A DNA stretch of 64,000 nucleotides from an uncultured Methanosarcinales archaeon (GTDB taxonomy: Archaea; Halobacteriota; Methanosarcinia; Methanotrichales; Methanotrichaceae), in contig CAWJKV010000002.1 in the NCBI GenBank assembly GCA_963843555.1, positions 192,001 through 256,000 on the forward strand, in the 5' to 3' direction. Below the pieces are notes generated by a model. It was not told where the DNA came from, did not search any database, and worked only from the letters and a program-made list of their open reading frames with translations. Position 1 is the stretch's first letter, and the number at the start of each line of letters is the position of its first letter. Shown piece after piece: positions 19,910 through 30,470 of the stretch. The position numbers and the translations under genes were made by a program.

Positions 19910-22000
19910 TCATTCATTCGGTCGCCCTGGAAGATATGTTTCCCCAACAATCTTCTCCGCTGCTCGGAAAGCAAATGCAGCTATCAGCATAGTAGGATTT
20001 ACTCCCGGCGACTCCGGCAGAACGGATCCATCGACTACAAACATGTCGGGATACACTTTGACTTTGTCAGGTGTGCCGTCGTTCCAAAAGACCTGGCCGT
20101 AGCTGTTGACCGCTCCTTCATCCATATTGGCGCCCATGGGACATCCGCCAAGAGGATGAAGAATTACTGCCGTGCTGCTCTTGGGATCCTTGAAATTCCA
20201 GAAGGGAGTATAGACCCTATTTGCACCACCGGCATCCATCTCTCCTGCCAGCTTTTTCATTCCGTCAACAGTAGCCTTAAGAACCTGGTTGTTATCTGCC
20301 GCCGGCCATTTGACGAATATCTTCTCGCCTGGATCGTTCGTGGTCTCCAGGTCTTTCCACTTGGGTTTGAGGCTAATGGATCCTGACTTTTCACCTCTGC
20401 CCATTCCCGAAAAGGCGTAGAACCTGGAGATGCGCTCCTCAGGAGACGCAAATGGATCGGTACGGTCGGTTGAGACCCAGGTCAGCAGTGCTTCCATGAA
20501 ATTTCGTGTGGATTCGTCCTTTGCAGTGCCGGTTTTGAGGATATCAACCAGGACCTTCCTGGCTGAAGGATCGTTCCAAATGGTGGTGAACAGACGAACC
20601 AGTGATGTGGTGGATATGCCCCCTGATAGGATGCCCAAAACCCCGAATTTGAACAGTAAATTCAGGTCCTTAGTCAGATCATCCAGGTGGTTTAGATTTA
20701 CTTCCTTTGCGCCATGAGCGAGCAGTTCCAACATCGTTGCAACAAGTGGTGCGACCATCTTGGGAAGAGTCGTGTCTTCAATGGCAAAAGCGAAATCGTT
20801 GCCCCCGGTCTTAAAAGAGACATACGATGTATTTATGGGCCCTCGGGTCACATCCAGTGTTCTGTGCTCCAGGGTCATGAACCCGAAGATGTCGCCATTT
20901 GTTACGAATCTTGTACCCAGTGCTTTGCTCAATTTGAGGCTGCCTCTTGCAGAGCACTTCAGGAGCAGCTCTGTAGAACCCAGTGAGCCTGCCGCGATTA
21001 TTAACGACCTGGCGAGGACATATTTCTGCGTTCTTTGCTCAGTTTTAGGATCGTACTGGAAGTATTTTATCTTATACTGATATTCGTCCCCTTCTTTGAA
21101 TTCGATATCATAAACTTCACACAGCTCGCGAACCTCCATGGGCTTGGGCTTTTTGGGTGGCTCAGGATTTATGGCGTCGAATAGCTGATGGCTGAAAGTA
21201 TGTCTGGCATTGGGAACGCACCCCAGAACGCATCGCCCCTGTCGCTGGCAGACGTTTTCCTGGCTTTTCAGTAGCCTCTTGAGCTCATCAAGGGGCGGAT
21301 TTGAGGCATCAAATAGGCCTGCTGGGACATTAGTTGTCGTTAGATCCAGATCGAAATCCCCTACCAATTTACCGTCTTCGTTTTTGACGTTGACAATATC
21401 GGTGTTCCCGCCATCGATCAGCGCCTGGCCGGCATCCTGAAAGGCTTTTGTCTTTTCTAGCAGGTTTCGGCTTAGACCGGCATTGGTTGTTATCCTGTTC
21501 ACGACAAGAAATTGCAAAACCTTATCGAAATAGTCTTCAAGTTTCTTGCCCTCAAATTGGGTCGGCCAGTTCTTGTAAACGCTGCTAGGCGGCTCGAGTG
21601 TGACATTGGAATAAACCAGAGAACCGCCACCTACACCACTGGCCTGTATTGAATGTACGTTGCCTAAAACCTTGTAATCGTAAAGCCCTGTCTTGGAGAG
21701 CGTTCTATTGGCAGACAGGAGTTCCAGAAGACCGGAAGTGTTATCCGGATGGGGCCAGAAGTGATAGGGCCTGCCGTTATCTTCAAGAAATTCGCGCATG
21801 TTGGGGGACGTCTTTCTGCTTGCTTTGGGAACGAAATTCATCTCATGGGAGAGCCACCATTGTCCTCGTTCGAAGACACAAACCTTTTTGTCGGTACCAT
21901 TTTTGGTGTTATCATCCTGGAACTTATTCGCAAGAGACAAGGCGAGTATGGTCCCTCCGAATCCTGAGCCCACAACCACCGCCTCGAAATTATCAGTCAT
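19910..22000 (-). CDS. GMC oxidoreductase, cholesterol-oxidase-like
   Basis: VVGSGFGG, ERG, GVGGGSLVYSNV, C..QGRC..GC, HPLGGC, VVDGS, GVNP. Confidence 0.88.
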   Translation of the reverse strand: MTDNFEAVVVGSGFGGTILALSLANKFQDDNTKNGTDKKVCVFERGQWWLSHEMNFVPKASRKTSPNMREFLEDNGRPYHFWPHPDNTSGLLELLSANRTLSKTGLYDYKVLGNVHSIQASGVGGGSLVYSNVTLEPPSSVYKNWPTQFEGKKLEDYFDKVLQFLVVNRITTNAGLSRNLLEKTKAFQDAGQALIDGGNTDIVNVKNEDGKLVGDFDLDLTTTNVPAGLFDASNPPLDELKRLLKSQENVCQRQGRCVLGCVPNARHTFSHQLFDAINPEPPKKPKPMEVRELCEVYDIEFKEGDEYQYKIKYFQYDPKTEQRTQKYVLARSLIIAAGSLGSTELLLKCSARGSLKLSKALGTRFVTNGDIFGFMTLEHRTLDVTRGPINTSYVSFKTGGNDFAFAIEDTTLPKMVAPLVATMLELLAHGAKEVNLNHLDDLTKDLNLLFKFGVLGILSGGISTTSLVRLFTTIWNDPSARKVLVDILKTGTAKDESTRNFMEALLTWVSTDRTDPFASPEERISRFYAFSGMGRGEKSGSISLKPKWKDLETTNDPGEKIFVKWPAADNNQVLKATVDGMKKLAGEMDAGGANRVYTPFWNFKDPKSSTAVILHPLGGCPMGANMDEGAVNSYGQVFWNDGTPDKVKVYPDMFVVDGSVLPESPGVNPTMLIAAFAFRAAEKIVGETYLPGRPNE

Positions 22001-22099
22001 AGGGTTAAATTGTGCGCTGAAGATATTTAGATGTAGCGAATTTTGCATACCGGCAAGCATAAGTTAGCGAAATGCAATACTGTATGCTGAAGCGGTTTG

Positions 22100-23089
22100 A
22101 TGATTGAAATAGATGGTTCTTTTGGGGAAGGCGGAGGCCAGATCGTCCGAACAGCCGTGGCGCTATCCGCAGTGACGGGAAAGCCCGTCCGCATAGCCAG
22201 GATCCGGCAAGGTCGGCCTAAACCGGGCCTTGCCCCCCAGCATACATGGGCGATACTCGCCCTGGCGGAACTGTGCGATGCCAAAACCTCAGGTATTGCG
22301 CCAGGATCATCAGAGATCACCTTTGCGCCGGGAGAGATCCGCGGAGGCAGCCACAAAGTAAAGATAGGAACAGCCGGGAGCGTTACTCTTCTTATGCAGT
22401 GCCTTCTGCCCGCAATGCTCAAGACCGATATCCCTGTGTCTCTGGAGGTTCAGGGCGGCACTGATGTGCAGTGGGCCCCCACGGTGGATTATTTCAAAAA
22501 TGTCTTCTTGCCGGCGGTGGGGTGCTTTGGCGCCAGAGTCAGCCTTGAGGTGAGACAGAGAGGATATTATCCCAGGGGACAGGGAAGCGCGCTCTTAAAG
22601 GTCGATCCCGCGAAGCTGAAGGCCGCCCACTTAATTGGCATGACCAAAGACACTGTAATGGGAATATCTCACTGCTCGAATTTGCCGGAGCATGTGGCCA
22701 GAAGGCAGGCTGAAGCCGCACTAAAGGAGCTGCATGTTTCGGGCTATGAGGCCAGAATTGCTCTGGAGGCCCTCCGCCTGCCTTCCATGGGTAGCGGCAT
22801 AACCCTCTGGTCAGGCTTCAAAGGCGCAAGCCATCTTGGTGAGCGGGGGCTCCCTGCAGAAACTGTAGGGAAAAAAGCTGCAGAAGCGCTTATACTTGAG
22901 CTGAAATCCGGGGCATCAGTGGATGTGCATCTCGCGGATCAGCTTATTCCCTATCTTGCGCTGGCAGGCGGGAGCTATACCTCTAGGGAGATCTCCCCCC
23001 ATGCCAGAACCAACATCTGGACAGCGGAGCATTTTCTGGACCGGAAGATCTCTCTATCTGGTGAAGGGATCATCAAGCTCGAAGCTTGA
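22100..23089 (+). CDS. rtcA: RNA 3'-terminal phosphate cyclase
   Basis: IDGSFGEGGGQIVRTA, GTAGS, GGTDV, RGYYP.G.G, VDVHLADQL, HARTN. Confidence 0.95.
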   Translation: MIEIDGSFGEGGGQIVRTAVALSAVTGKPVRIARIRQGRPKPGLAPQHTWAILALAELCDAKTSGIAPGSSEITFAPGEIRGGSHKVKIGTAGSVTLLMQCLLPAMLKTDIPVSLEVQGGTDVQWAPTVDYFKNVFLPAVGCFGARVSLEVRQRGYYPRGQGSALLKVDPAKLKAAHLIGMTKDTVMGISHCSNLPEHVARRQAEAALKELHVSGYEARIALEALRLPSMGSGITLWSGFKGASHLGERGLPAETVGKKAAEALILELKSGASVDVHLADQLIPYLALAGGSYTSREISPHARTNIWTAEHFLDRKISLSGEGIIKLEA

Positions 23090-23111
23090 ATTCATGCCGG
23101 TGGGGCAGAAA

Positions 23112-23798
23112 TTAGGCAGAGCTGTATCGCTTCAAATAGGATTCTATGTATTTTCCGATCTCTTTGCCCCTGTAAATTCCAGCATGCCCCTCGCAGAGCA
23201 CATCCGCCTTGAGGTCAAGCAGCTTTTGCATGGATGCTCTCCATTGCGCCAGGTCTGAGCCCCAGGCGGGTGAGAACGGGCCGTGAATGTCCTGGCCGAA
23301 GAGGACCCTGCCGTCCCTGGTATCGATATAAACGGAAATGCTCCCGGGCGTGTGGCCGGGCGTGTGCAGGAAGTTGAACTCCAGATCGCCAATATGCATC
23401 CCTGCGCGCTCCCCCTTAAGGATTGTGTCCACCTTGACCGGCTTGTAGTCCACGCCGTACATGCTTGCCGCGGTGAGATCGTTATTCTCGCCTTCGATTC
23501 CCGCTCGATCAAGTTCATGAGCGATTACTTTGCATCCATAGCGCTCCTTCCAGAGGGACAGGCCTCCGATGTGGTCGATGTGGCAATGCGTAGCGATAAT
23601 ATGCCAGATCTGGGCGGGCTCAAATCCCAGGGACCGAATGTTATCCTCAATTTTGCCCGCGGCATAGCCGACGCCGGCGTCAATCAGTAATAGCTCGCTA
23701 TCTGCATCCACAAGATAGACATAGGCGTCTTCAGGCGCAGAGAGGCCTGGCCCGCCGACAGCGTAAACCCGATCACATATGGCCTTTGGTTTAGACAT
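23112..23798 (-). CDS. MBL-fold metallo-hydrolase
   Basis: THCHIDHIGG, HTPGHTPG, EGH. Confidence 0.9.
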   Translation of the reverse strand: MSKPKAICDRVYAVGGPGLSAPEDAYVYLVDADSELLLIDAGVGYAAGKIEDNIRSLGFEPAQIWHIIATHCHIDHIGGLSLWKERYGCKVIAHELDRAGIEGENNDLTAASMYGVDYKPVKVDTILKGERAGMHIGDLEFNFLHTPGHTPGSISVYIDTRDGRVLFGQDIHGPFSPAWGSDLAQWRASMQKLLDLKADVLCEGHAGIYRGKEIGKYIESYLKRYSSA

Positions 23799-23815
23799 TG
23801 CATCTCCTCATTGAA

Positions 23816-24490
23816 TTATCGAGTCTTCTTTTTCATCTCATTCTCTTCCTTCATCCTTGAGGCCCTGAGCTTTCTGATGCTGAAGTAGTACTCCACCAGC
23901 AGGGCAAGGCCTGCCAGGGCCAGAATGGAGAGGATCAAAGCTAATGCCTGCGGAGCATTTTTCCGGTAGTAATCCACTTCTATATACGAAATAGAAGTCG
24001 TATTATTCCAGATGAGAATTTTTCCCGCATCGTCCTCAGTGATCTCGTCCGGAGATGGCCGGGCGATCCCCAGGCTGCGGTCTCCTGTGGTGTATCCCTT
24101 GGGCAAAATTATGCGCACCGGTCGGTGGTCTTTAATGGGAAGTACGAACTGCTGGCCCTGCAGGGTTATGTTGTAGACCAGCCTTCCTGTGACAGGTCTC
24201 TCAAAGTTCAGGCTGTAGGTATAGTCACCTTGCCAGAATTCAAAACTGCTGTTGAAGGCCACGCTCTTGCCTTTTTCGTCAAAGAGCGTCATATTCCCTA
24301 CATTTTCAGTCAGAGTGAGATTCAATTCACTGGCATTAATAGGCACAACGACCTCTGCCACTCTCTCGCCAAGAATGTAGGTAGTTCCGTTGAACTCAGT
24401 CCCGTTTAACTCAGCTCCAATAGAGATCGTGCAGATGATGGCCAGGGTGATGAGAGCCCGTGCGCCCACCTTGAGGAGAAGATCGTACAT
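23816..24490 (-). CDS. Membrane-anchored exported protein (DUF5803-like)
   Basis: Signal peptide, LPKGYTTG..LG...P motif, C-terminal TM followed by a basic tail. Confidence 0.6.
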   Translation of the reverse strand: MYDLLLKVGARALITLAIICTISIGAELNGTEFNGTTYILGERVAEVVVPINASELNLTLTENVGNMTLFDEKGKSVAFNSSFEFWQGDYTYSLNFERPVTGRLVYNITLQGQQFVLPIKDHRPVRIILPKGYTTGDRSLGIARPSPDEITEDDAGKILIWNNTTSISYIEVDYYRKNAPQALALILSILALAGLALLVEYYFSIRKLRASRMKEENEMKKKTR

Positions 24491-24648
24491 CGTTAGACTT
24501 GAGGATACACTCCAGCTTTATCAAGGGCGCGCCTATCTCCTTCCAGAATGAGTCACGAAGATATAATTCCAAGAAGAACAACTACGCTCTGAAGATGTGC
24601 TTCGAAAGACATGGGCGTTAAAAGATATAAGCTTCAGGAGATGACGGC

Positions 24649-25431
24649 TTGAGATGCAATCGATGCAAGATTCAATCATATCTTATTGATCTTGATGGTG
24701 TTCTTTATGTGGGCAAGAATCCCGTTCCCGGGGTCAGGGAGTGCCTGGAGAAGGTGGAAGAGAGTGGATACGGCATAAGATTTGTCTCCAACTCAACGCG
24801 CAGATGTCGAGGCTCAGTAGCTATGCGCCTCAAGGGCCTGGGATACGATATTCCTTCGAATAGTATCTTCACACCATCATTGAGGGCTATCGAATACATG
24901 AAGAAATCAGAAAGAGAAAGATGCTTCCTGCTTACCGCTGGAGATGTCTTCAGGGATTTCGAGGATGCCAAGATTCGCACAAGTGAAGAGGATGTGGACT
25001 ATGTAGTCGTGGGGGATGCCGGCAATGGCTTTACCTTTGAGCGCTTAAATCAGGCCCTGCGTCTGATCTTGGACGGGGCTGATATCCTGGCCCTGGAGAT
25101 GGATAGATACTGGAAAGAGCCGGAAGGGCTGGTTTTATCCGCAGGTCCTTTTGTTGCGGCTCTCGAATATGCCTCAGGAAAAAAGGCAGAGCTGATGGGT
25201 AAACCGTCTCCGGAATTCTTCCAAATGGCTCTGAACGACCTGGAGGTTGGGCCCAAAGATGCTGCAATGGTTGGAGATGATATCCTGACCGATGTGCTGG
25301 GAGCTCAGAAGATGGGCATGCAGGGAATTCTGGTCAAGACAGGCAAGTATCGCGAGGATCTGGCAGCCAGCTCTGGCGTTTTGCCCGATTTAGTTCTGGA
25401 GTCGCTGGCTGGCCTTGCCAGGCACATTTGA
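24649..25431 (+). CDS. HAD-IIA hydrolase (LHPP/HDHD2-like)
   Basis: IDLDGVLY, SNS, GKPS..FF, MVGDD...DV.GA, VKTGKY. Confidence 0.9.
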   Translation: MRCNRCKIQSYLIDLDGVLYVGKNPVPGVRECLEKVEESGYGIRFVSNSTRRCRGSVAMRLKGLGYDIPSNSIFTPSLRAIEYMKKSERERCFLLTAGDVFRDFEDAKIRTSEEDVDYVVVGDAGNGFTFERLNQALRLILDGADILALEMDRYWKEPEGLVLSAGPFVAALEYASGKKAELMGKPSPEFFQMALNDLEVGPKDAAMVGDDILTDVLGAQKMGMQGILVKTGKYREDLAASSGVLPDLVLESLAGLARHI

Positions 25432-25442
25432 AGAATTCAGAT

Positions 25443-27735
25443 TCAGCCTCTTCGATTCTTTATGATCTGTTCATATGCATCTGCGGCAGGAGTTCTCTTA
25501 CGAGTCAATGCTGGATCATGATCCAGATCGATGTTATACAGCCCGAAATCACTGGCATCATTAAACTCAAGATCCCATTCCCGGTTGGATGTTATGGCCC
25601 AATAGAGATAGGCATCTACCTTCATTCCGTCCTTTATTGCTCTTTGTACCTGCAACACATGCTCTCGAATATATTTTACCCTCTCCCATCCGTCTGCTAC
25701 CTTTACTGAGCCATTTTCGCATATGACTATAGGATGATTTGGGAATTTTTGGTTCAGATCTTTCAAAATATCGTAGAGAGCTCCAGGCCAGACCGGCGCC
25801 TGATCGAAGCGCTTGTAAGAAGCATCTATCAATCGTTGAATACGCTCAATGTGCAGGCTCGATATGCCCCAATAATAATCCAGGCCGACGAAGTCCATCT
25901 TCTTTTCGCAACCATGAGGACACAGATATTCTTCCAGCTCACCCGCCATGCCCATATACCACCAATTGGTTAACATAATTGTGGATAGGATCGTGTATTG
26001 CCTGAAGGTCCAATCGAGCAGGCTCGGCACGGGCTCCACTGCGGTCATGCGATTCTGAATGGCCACGGATTTTAGCTGAACTTTCTCTGAATTGCCAAAT
26101 ATCCTCTCTGCCAGGGCATGGGCCAGGTCGATCTCGAGCCCCTCAAGATCGCCCGTTTCGGGGTTGCGGTATCCGAAGCCGGGAAGGTCTTCTCTGACTG
26201 CGACGACCAGGTGGCCACGATCCTGTATGCGACGCAGAGCTGTTCCTGTAGGGGCTTTGGGTACGGGCTCTTTTGGTAACGGCTCTTTGGCTTCTTCGTG
26301 CCGTGCCAACGAAGCTTTTGGGCTGGATTCGCCAAATGCAAGCCTTCGAGCAGACCTCAAGGGCTTCTCAATCGCAAGACCCGTGATTTTCTCGTATTTG
26401 TCCCTCCATTGCGCCGTCTCTGCCGACTCATTGAAGTCTCTAATAACGGAATTGACCACCTTCAGCAGTCCGCTGTCGCCCTTGGCAATCGCTGCTGCAT
26501 ATTTTTCACTGCTTGTTGGTTGCAGCTCAATGATCCTGTATCTCCCAGGGTGTTGCACTATCAGCCCGGAAAGGATTGTATTGTCGGAAAGAAGGGCGAC
26601 GTTTCCCATCTGGTCAAGGTATCGTAGATGCCTTCGGATAATCGTCCAGGACTATGGATTGAGAATCCTTTAGGAGTAGTGGGAGGTTTTTCTCCGCTGT
26701 AGTTCCCTTGACCACAACAATCTCTCCCGTCAGGTCCTGGACGCTCGCCACACCGCTGCCGGACTCTACTAAGAGCTGCTGGCGGGTTATGAAATAATCA
26801 TCGGAGAATGCAACCTGCTCTTCGCGTTCGGGGGTCCTGGTTAGAGCTGCCAGGACAACATCTGGTTTGTTCTTATCCGAGACATTAGCCCTAAGTCTAC
26901 TGATTCTGTCCCCTCTGATCAGGTCTCGCTTCAGAGCCAGGCGATCTGCCTGTTTTTGCAGGTCCTTGTCTCCCTTTATGACCGATGCATTTCTGTTGAC
27001 GAGCTTCTGCAACCATAAAGGCAAACCGAAGAAATACTGATTAGCGCCTATCAGGGCATGCGGATTTTCGGCTTTGATGATCTCATATGCTCTCTTATGG
27101 GATAAAAACAGGTTGCGAATCAGTTTGCCTACTTCATCCATCTGTTCAGTCGTCGAAGTGCCCGCAGCGAGGCCAGGAGGAGCGGCGTAATATTCGTCCC
27201 ACCAGGGCTTGAGGTAACCGCCCATCAATAGATTCGGTTCGTTGAAGGTGATCCAGTAGGGCACATCTTTGGCAAAGTGCCTGGCTACCTCACTCACGTA
27301 ATTAGCAAATATATCCGGAAATCCTTCCGCCGTCATTCCTCCGCGTTCTTGCACATGTACCGGCCAGGTGAAGTGGTGGAGCGTCAATACCGGCTTCATA
27401 TGGCAAGAGATGATCTTGGCAATCAGCTTTCTATAGTGTTCAATGGCTTCCTGGTTGAACTGGCCCGGCGCAGGTTCAATGCGAGACCAGGCGATTGAGA
27501 AGCGAAATGCTGAACAACCGAGCTTCTCTGCTATGTCAATATCCTCCCCATACCGATGCCAAAAGTCAGTAGCCTTTCCTCGCGCTGCTTTGGGATCACG
27601 CATCCCCTCCCACCAGTCACGGATGTCAACACATTTTGAGTTAAAAGCCTCGCATTGATGATCTGCAGTGGCAACTCCAAATATGAAAGAATCCGGAAGA
27701 GGAGGATGGTCGCCTTTATTGAACAAACCTGCCAA
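25443..27735 (-). CDS. GH1 glycoside hydrolase with inserted SBP_bac_3-like domain; frameshift near 26615
   Basis: FIFGVATADHQCE, FRFSIAWSRIEP, LHHF, ITFNEP, DFVGLDYY, ICENG, YLYW, FGLY; amino-acid-binding motifs lie between them. Confidence 0.85.
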
Positions 27736-27889
27736 AGACTCTTTTATTGTCGTCTCCCATCAACCCCTATCAATCGATCCGCTTATGTCCGCTTATAATT
27801 GAGCGAATACTATCTGATTATATTTTAATCCTTCTGCTTGACAGAACGAAAACTCGATTAAATCATCCAAAAGGAGTTTTATGATCTAT

Positions 27890-28405
27890 CTAATCAGGAA
27901 CTGCATTTTCGTCCATGCTGAAGAGCTTGAATTTTGAGGAGACATACAAGTGCCTGGATTTCTCAGGGTTGCCGCCAGTACCTACGACCTTGCCGACAAA
28001 GACCGTATGATCGCCTGTCTCGAACTGATCTACCACCTTGCATTCAAATGCGGCTGTGACTCCTTCAATGGTGGGAACCTTCACACCAACCGAATCTACC
28101 AGCTTAAGCCCTGCAAGCTTTATCTTATCACCATCACGACCCGATTTCGTGCCGCAGATCAAAGCGGCATCAGATTGATCGCTGCAGGGATAGTTGACAA
28201 CAAACTCCTTGTGCGTCTGGATACCTTCATGGGAGTACCGTCTGCGATCGATAGAGATCAATATCATAAATGGCTCGAAGGAAGTCCTGGTAACCCATGC
28301 TACGCCCATGGCGTTGGGTCGCCCATTCTTATCCAATGAGGTTACCAATACATAAGGAAAAGGCGCGGATAAAGCTATGGCTTCAGATTCTTTCAAATTC
28401 TGCAT
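27890..28405 (-). CDS. Flavin reductase/flavoredoxin family
   Basis: PNAMGVAW, CGTKSGRDGDK, FECKV...GDHTVFVG. Confidence 0.88.
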   Translation of the reverse strand: MQNLKESEAIALSAPFPYVLVTSLDKNGRPNAMGVAWVTRTSFEPFMILISIDRRRYSHEGIQTHKEFVVNYPCSDQSDAALICGTKSGRDGDKIKLAGLKLVDSVGVKVPTIEGVTAAFECKVVDQFETGDHTVFVGKVVGTGGNPEKSRHLYVSSKFKLFSMDENAVPD

Positions 28406-28705
28406 CTTGAACACCTTGAAGAATGTGGCATGAGATAGAATAAATAGTCTTCTCAAACTCTTTTCGGAAAATTTCTATATTTTCCCTTTTATGAGTTCTG
28501 TAAGTAAAAATTTTCGTTCAAAGAAAGATCATCTTCAATTTGGTGATACGAGGCTCTACTGTCACTCATTGCCATCAGTAGATCGCAATACCTCTCCGTC
28601 ATTAAGTCGGTTACCTGCCAATAAGAGCCGATGCCATTTCGGAAATGGGGAATGAAATGTTCCCCACCCAACGATTCAGATCGACTTCACCAAACTGTCT
28701 TCAGG

Positions 28706-29218
28706 CTATCCTGATAATATCTTTTCGTATTCAAGCTCGTCTTTGGGAATGGGCGCTTTCTTCTCATCCGGATAGCCAAAGGCGATCATGGATTCCACCT
28801 TCAAATTTTCTGGAAGACGCAGAGCTTTTTTGATATAATCTTCGGATGATTGATCGCTGTTGTGCATTCTATTTCTGATCTGGATCCAGCAGGAGCCAAG
28901 ACCCATGCTCTGACCTGTGAGCTGCAGTATAATCGATGCGATAGAGCAATCCTCGACCCAAACATCAGACTCTTCTTCCACAGCAGAGATGACCACACCC
29001 AGTCGTGCCCCTTTCAGGAAGCCTGAGCCGCTCGGTTTGGCTCGGGAGAGCTCTTCTAGCAATGCTCTATCTGTGACAAAAAAGAAGCGCCAGGGGTTGC
29101 TGCCGCGAGACGTTGGAGAGCGCAGAGCAGCCTCTTTGAGCCGTTCGATCAACTCCTGTTCTATCTCTTTATCTTTGAAGGTCCTGATACTGCGTCGGTT
29201 TCTCAATATGTCGAGCAC
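28706..29218 (-). CDS. Nitroreductase family
   Basis: RRSIRTF, SPTS..NPW.F, GLGSCWIQ, FGYP. Confidence 0.9.
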   Translation of the reverse strand: MLDILRNRRSIRTFKDKEIEQELIERLKEAALRSPTSRGSNPWRFFFVTDRALLEELSRAKPSGSGFLKGARLGVVISAVEEESDVWVEDCSIASIILQLTGQSMGLGSCWIQIRNRMHNSDQSSEDYIKKALRLPENLKVESMIAFGYPDEKKAPIPKDELEYEKILSG

Positions 29219-29407
29219 AATAATCTCCCCAATATATACTAAACAATGCTTGCATGATTCAAATATCTTTCAGTCGCACCTTGATTGGCACAGAGATAGC
29301 AGACAGTTAGTTGATCAACAGTATTTGAGGCAACCTCCATTTCGAACTGCTCTGCAAACGCATTTTCGAATTGATTTTCTAACGACTTGGCCGTGCGTTT
29401 ATGCTCT

Positions 29408-29570
29408 CGGGCGTGCTCTCGCATGGCGCGCATGCCCGCGTGGGCTTGCCGCCTGGGGGGCCAGGTGGCCGGTCGGACAATGCGGTCGAGGGGCTTGCCT
29501 ACGGAAGGGCGGCGTTTTGAGGGGGGGGGCTGGATTGCCTGAACTCCGGAGTCCGCCGCCCGTTGTCCGG
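29408..29570 (+). other. GC-rich highly base-paired intergenic element (candidate ncRNA)
   Basis: Four predicted helices of 7-9 bp, three with a G-T pair on the + strand. Confidence 0.45.
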
Positions 29571-29860
29571 GATGTCCGAGCCACGACCGTCGGGCGGGCG
29601 GCTCATTTCTTGCTCAGCAGATGCAGGACTGGTCGCTGACAGAGCCGCTGGGCAACAATCCACTTTCAGCTTGACGTTTCATCTGCGCCTACTGATTTAA
29701 CTTCAGAAAAATCCTCATTAGATCTGGCTTCCGTAACATAGTGCTCTAGAACCCGCCATATTCGAGTGATTGGGAAAAATGTCGGGAGTTCGAGAGAAGG
29801 GCTCCTGGCATGCGAAAGCCTTTTATTGCTACGTTTGAATCTAGCCCTGGTGGGGTCAGT

Positions 29861-30418
29861 ATGAAGACTGCATTTGCAGTAGTGGTGGCATTACTAATAG
29901 CATGCCTTTTGGCCGCGGGCTGTTTTGCCCAGAGCACGAGCCGTTTCCAGGGTGTGGGTGGAGACTACGGTAGAAACGTATTAAATAGCCTGAATGCTTC
30001 AAATCCCCAGCCGACTGCAGCAAGCAATAGCAATAACAGCCTGTGGAATTGGGGAGGCGCGCCCAAAGGAAGAATATTGATCGATGGTAATCTCATTGGC
30101 GATCCCAGATACACAATGAAGAATCTCAGCGTTACAAACAACTGGCTGGGCGATTCACTCGTGGACCCGTATGGGGACACTCCTGCTTATTCCTATACAG
30201 ATCCAGTAACTGGCAAGCCGGTTAAGACCTATGTGGACCCGAACACCGGGCAGACTTACTACACATATACAGATTCCAAGACGGGAAGACTGGTTTACGT
30301 CTACTTCAACCCTGAGACTGGGGAGCCGACGTATGCAAGCTTTACTCCCATTTCCGGCCAGTATGTAGAACAGGAGCAGTTTGCTCTGCCGCCGATCTTC
30401 AGATCCAGTGGTCTCTGA
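29861..30418 (+). CDS. Exported hypothetical protein with YxDPxTG repeats
   Basis: Signal peptide, FQGVGGDYG, LWNWGGAPKG; paralogue of the next gene. Confidence 0.75.
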   Translation: MKTAFAVVVALLIACLLAAGCFAQSTSRFQGVGGDYGRNVLNSLNASNPQPTAASNSNNSLWNWGGAPKGRILIDGNLIGDPRYTMKNLSVTNNWLGDSLVDPYGDTPAYSYTDPVTGKPVKTYVDPNTGQTYYTYTDSKTGRLVYVYFNPETGEPTYASFTPISGQYVEQEQFALPPIFRSSGL

Positions 30419-30470
30419 AATGCGAAAGCCTTTTATCGTGCTGCACTAATGTTAGAATGGTGGGTTCAGA

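Noticed and set aside
29400..29640. SRP RNA, RNase P RNA or tRNA gene
   Set aside because: No SRP helix-8 motif, no GAGGAAAGUCC and no cloverleaf with a T-loop on either strand.
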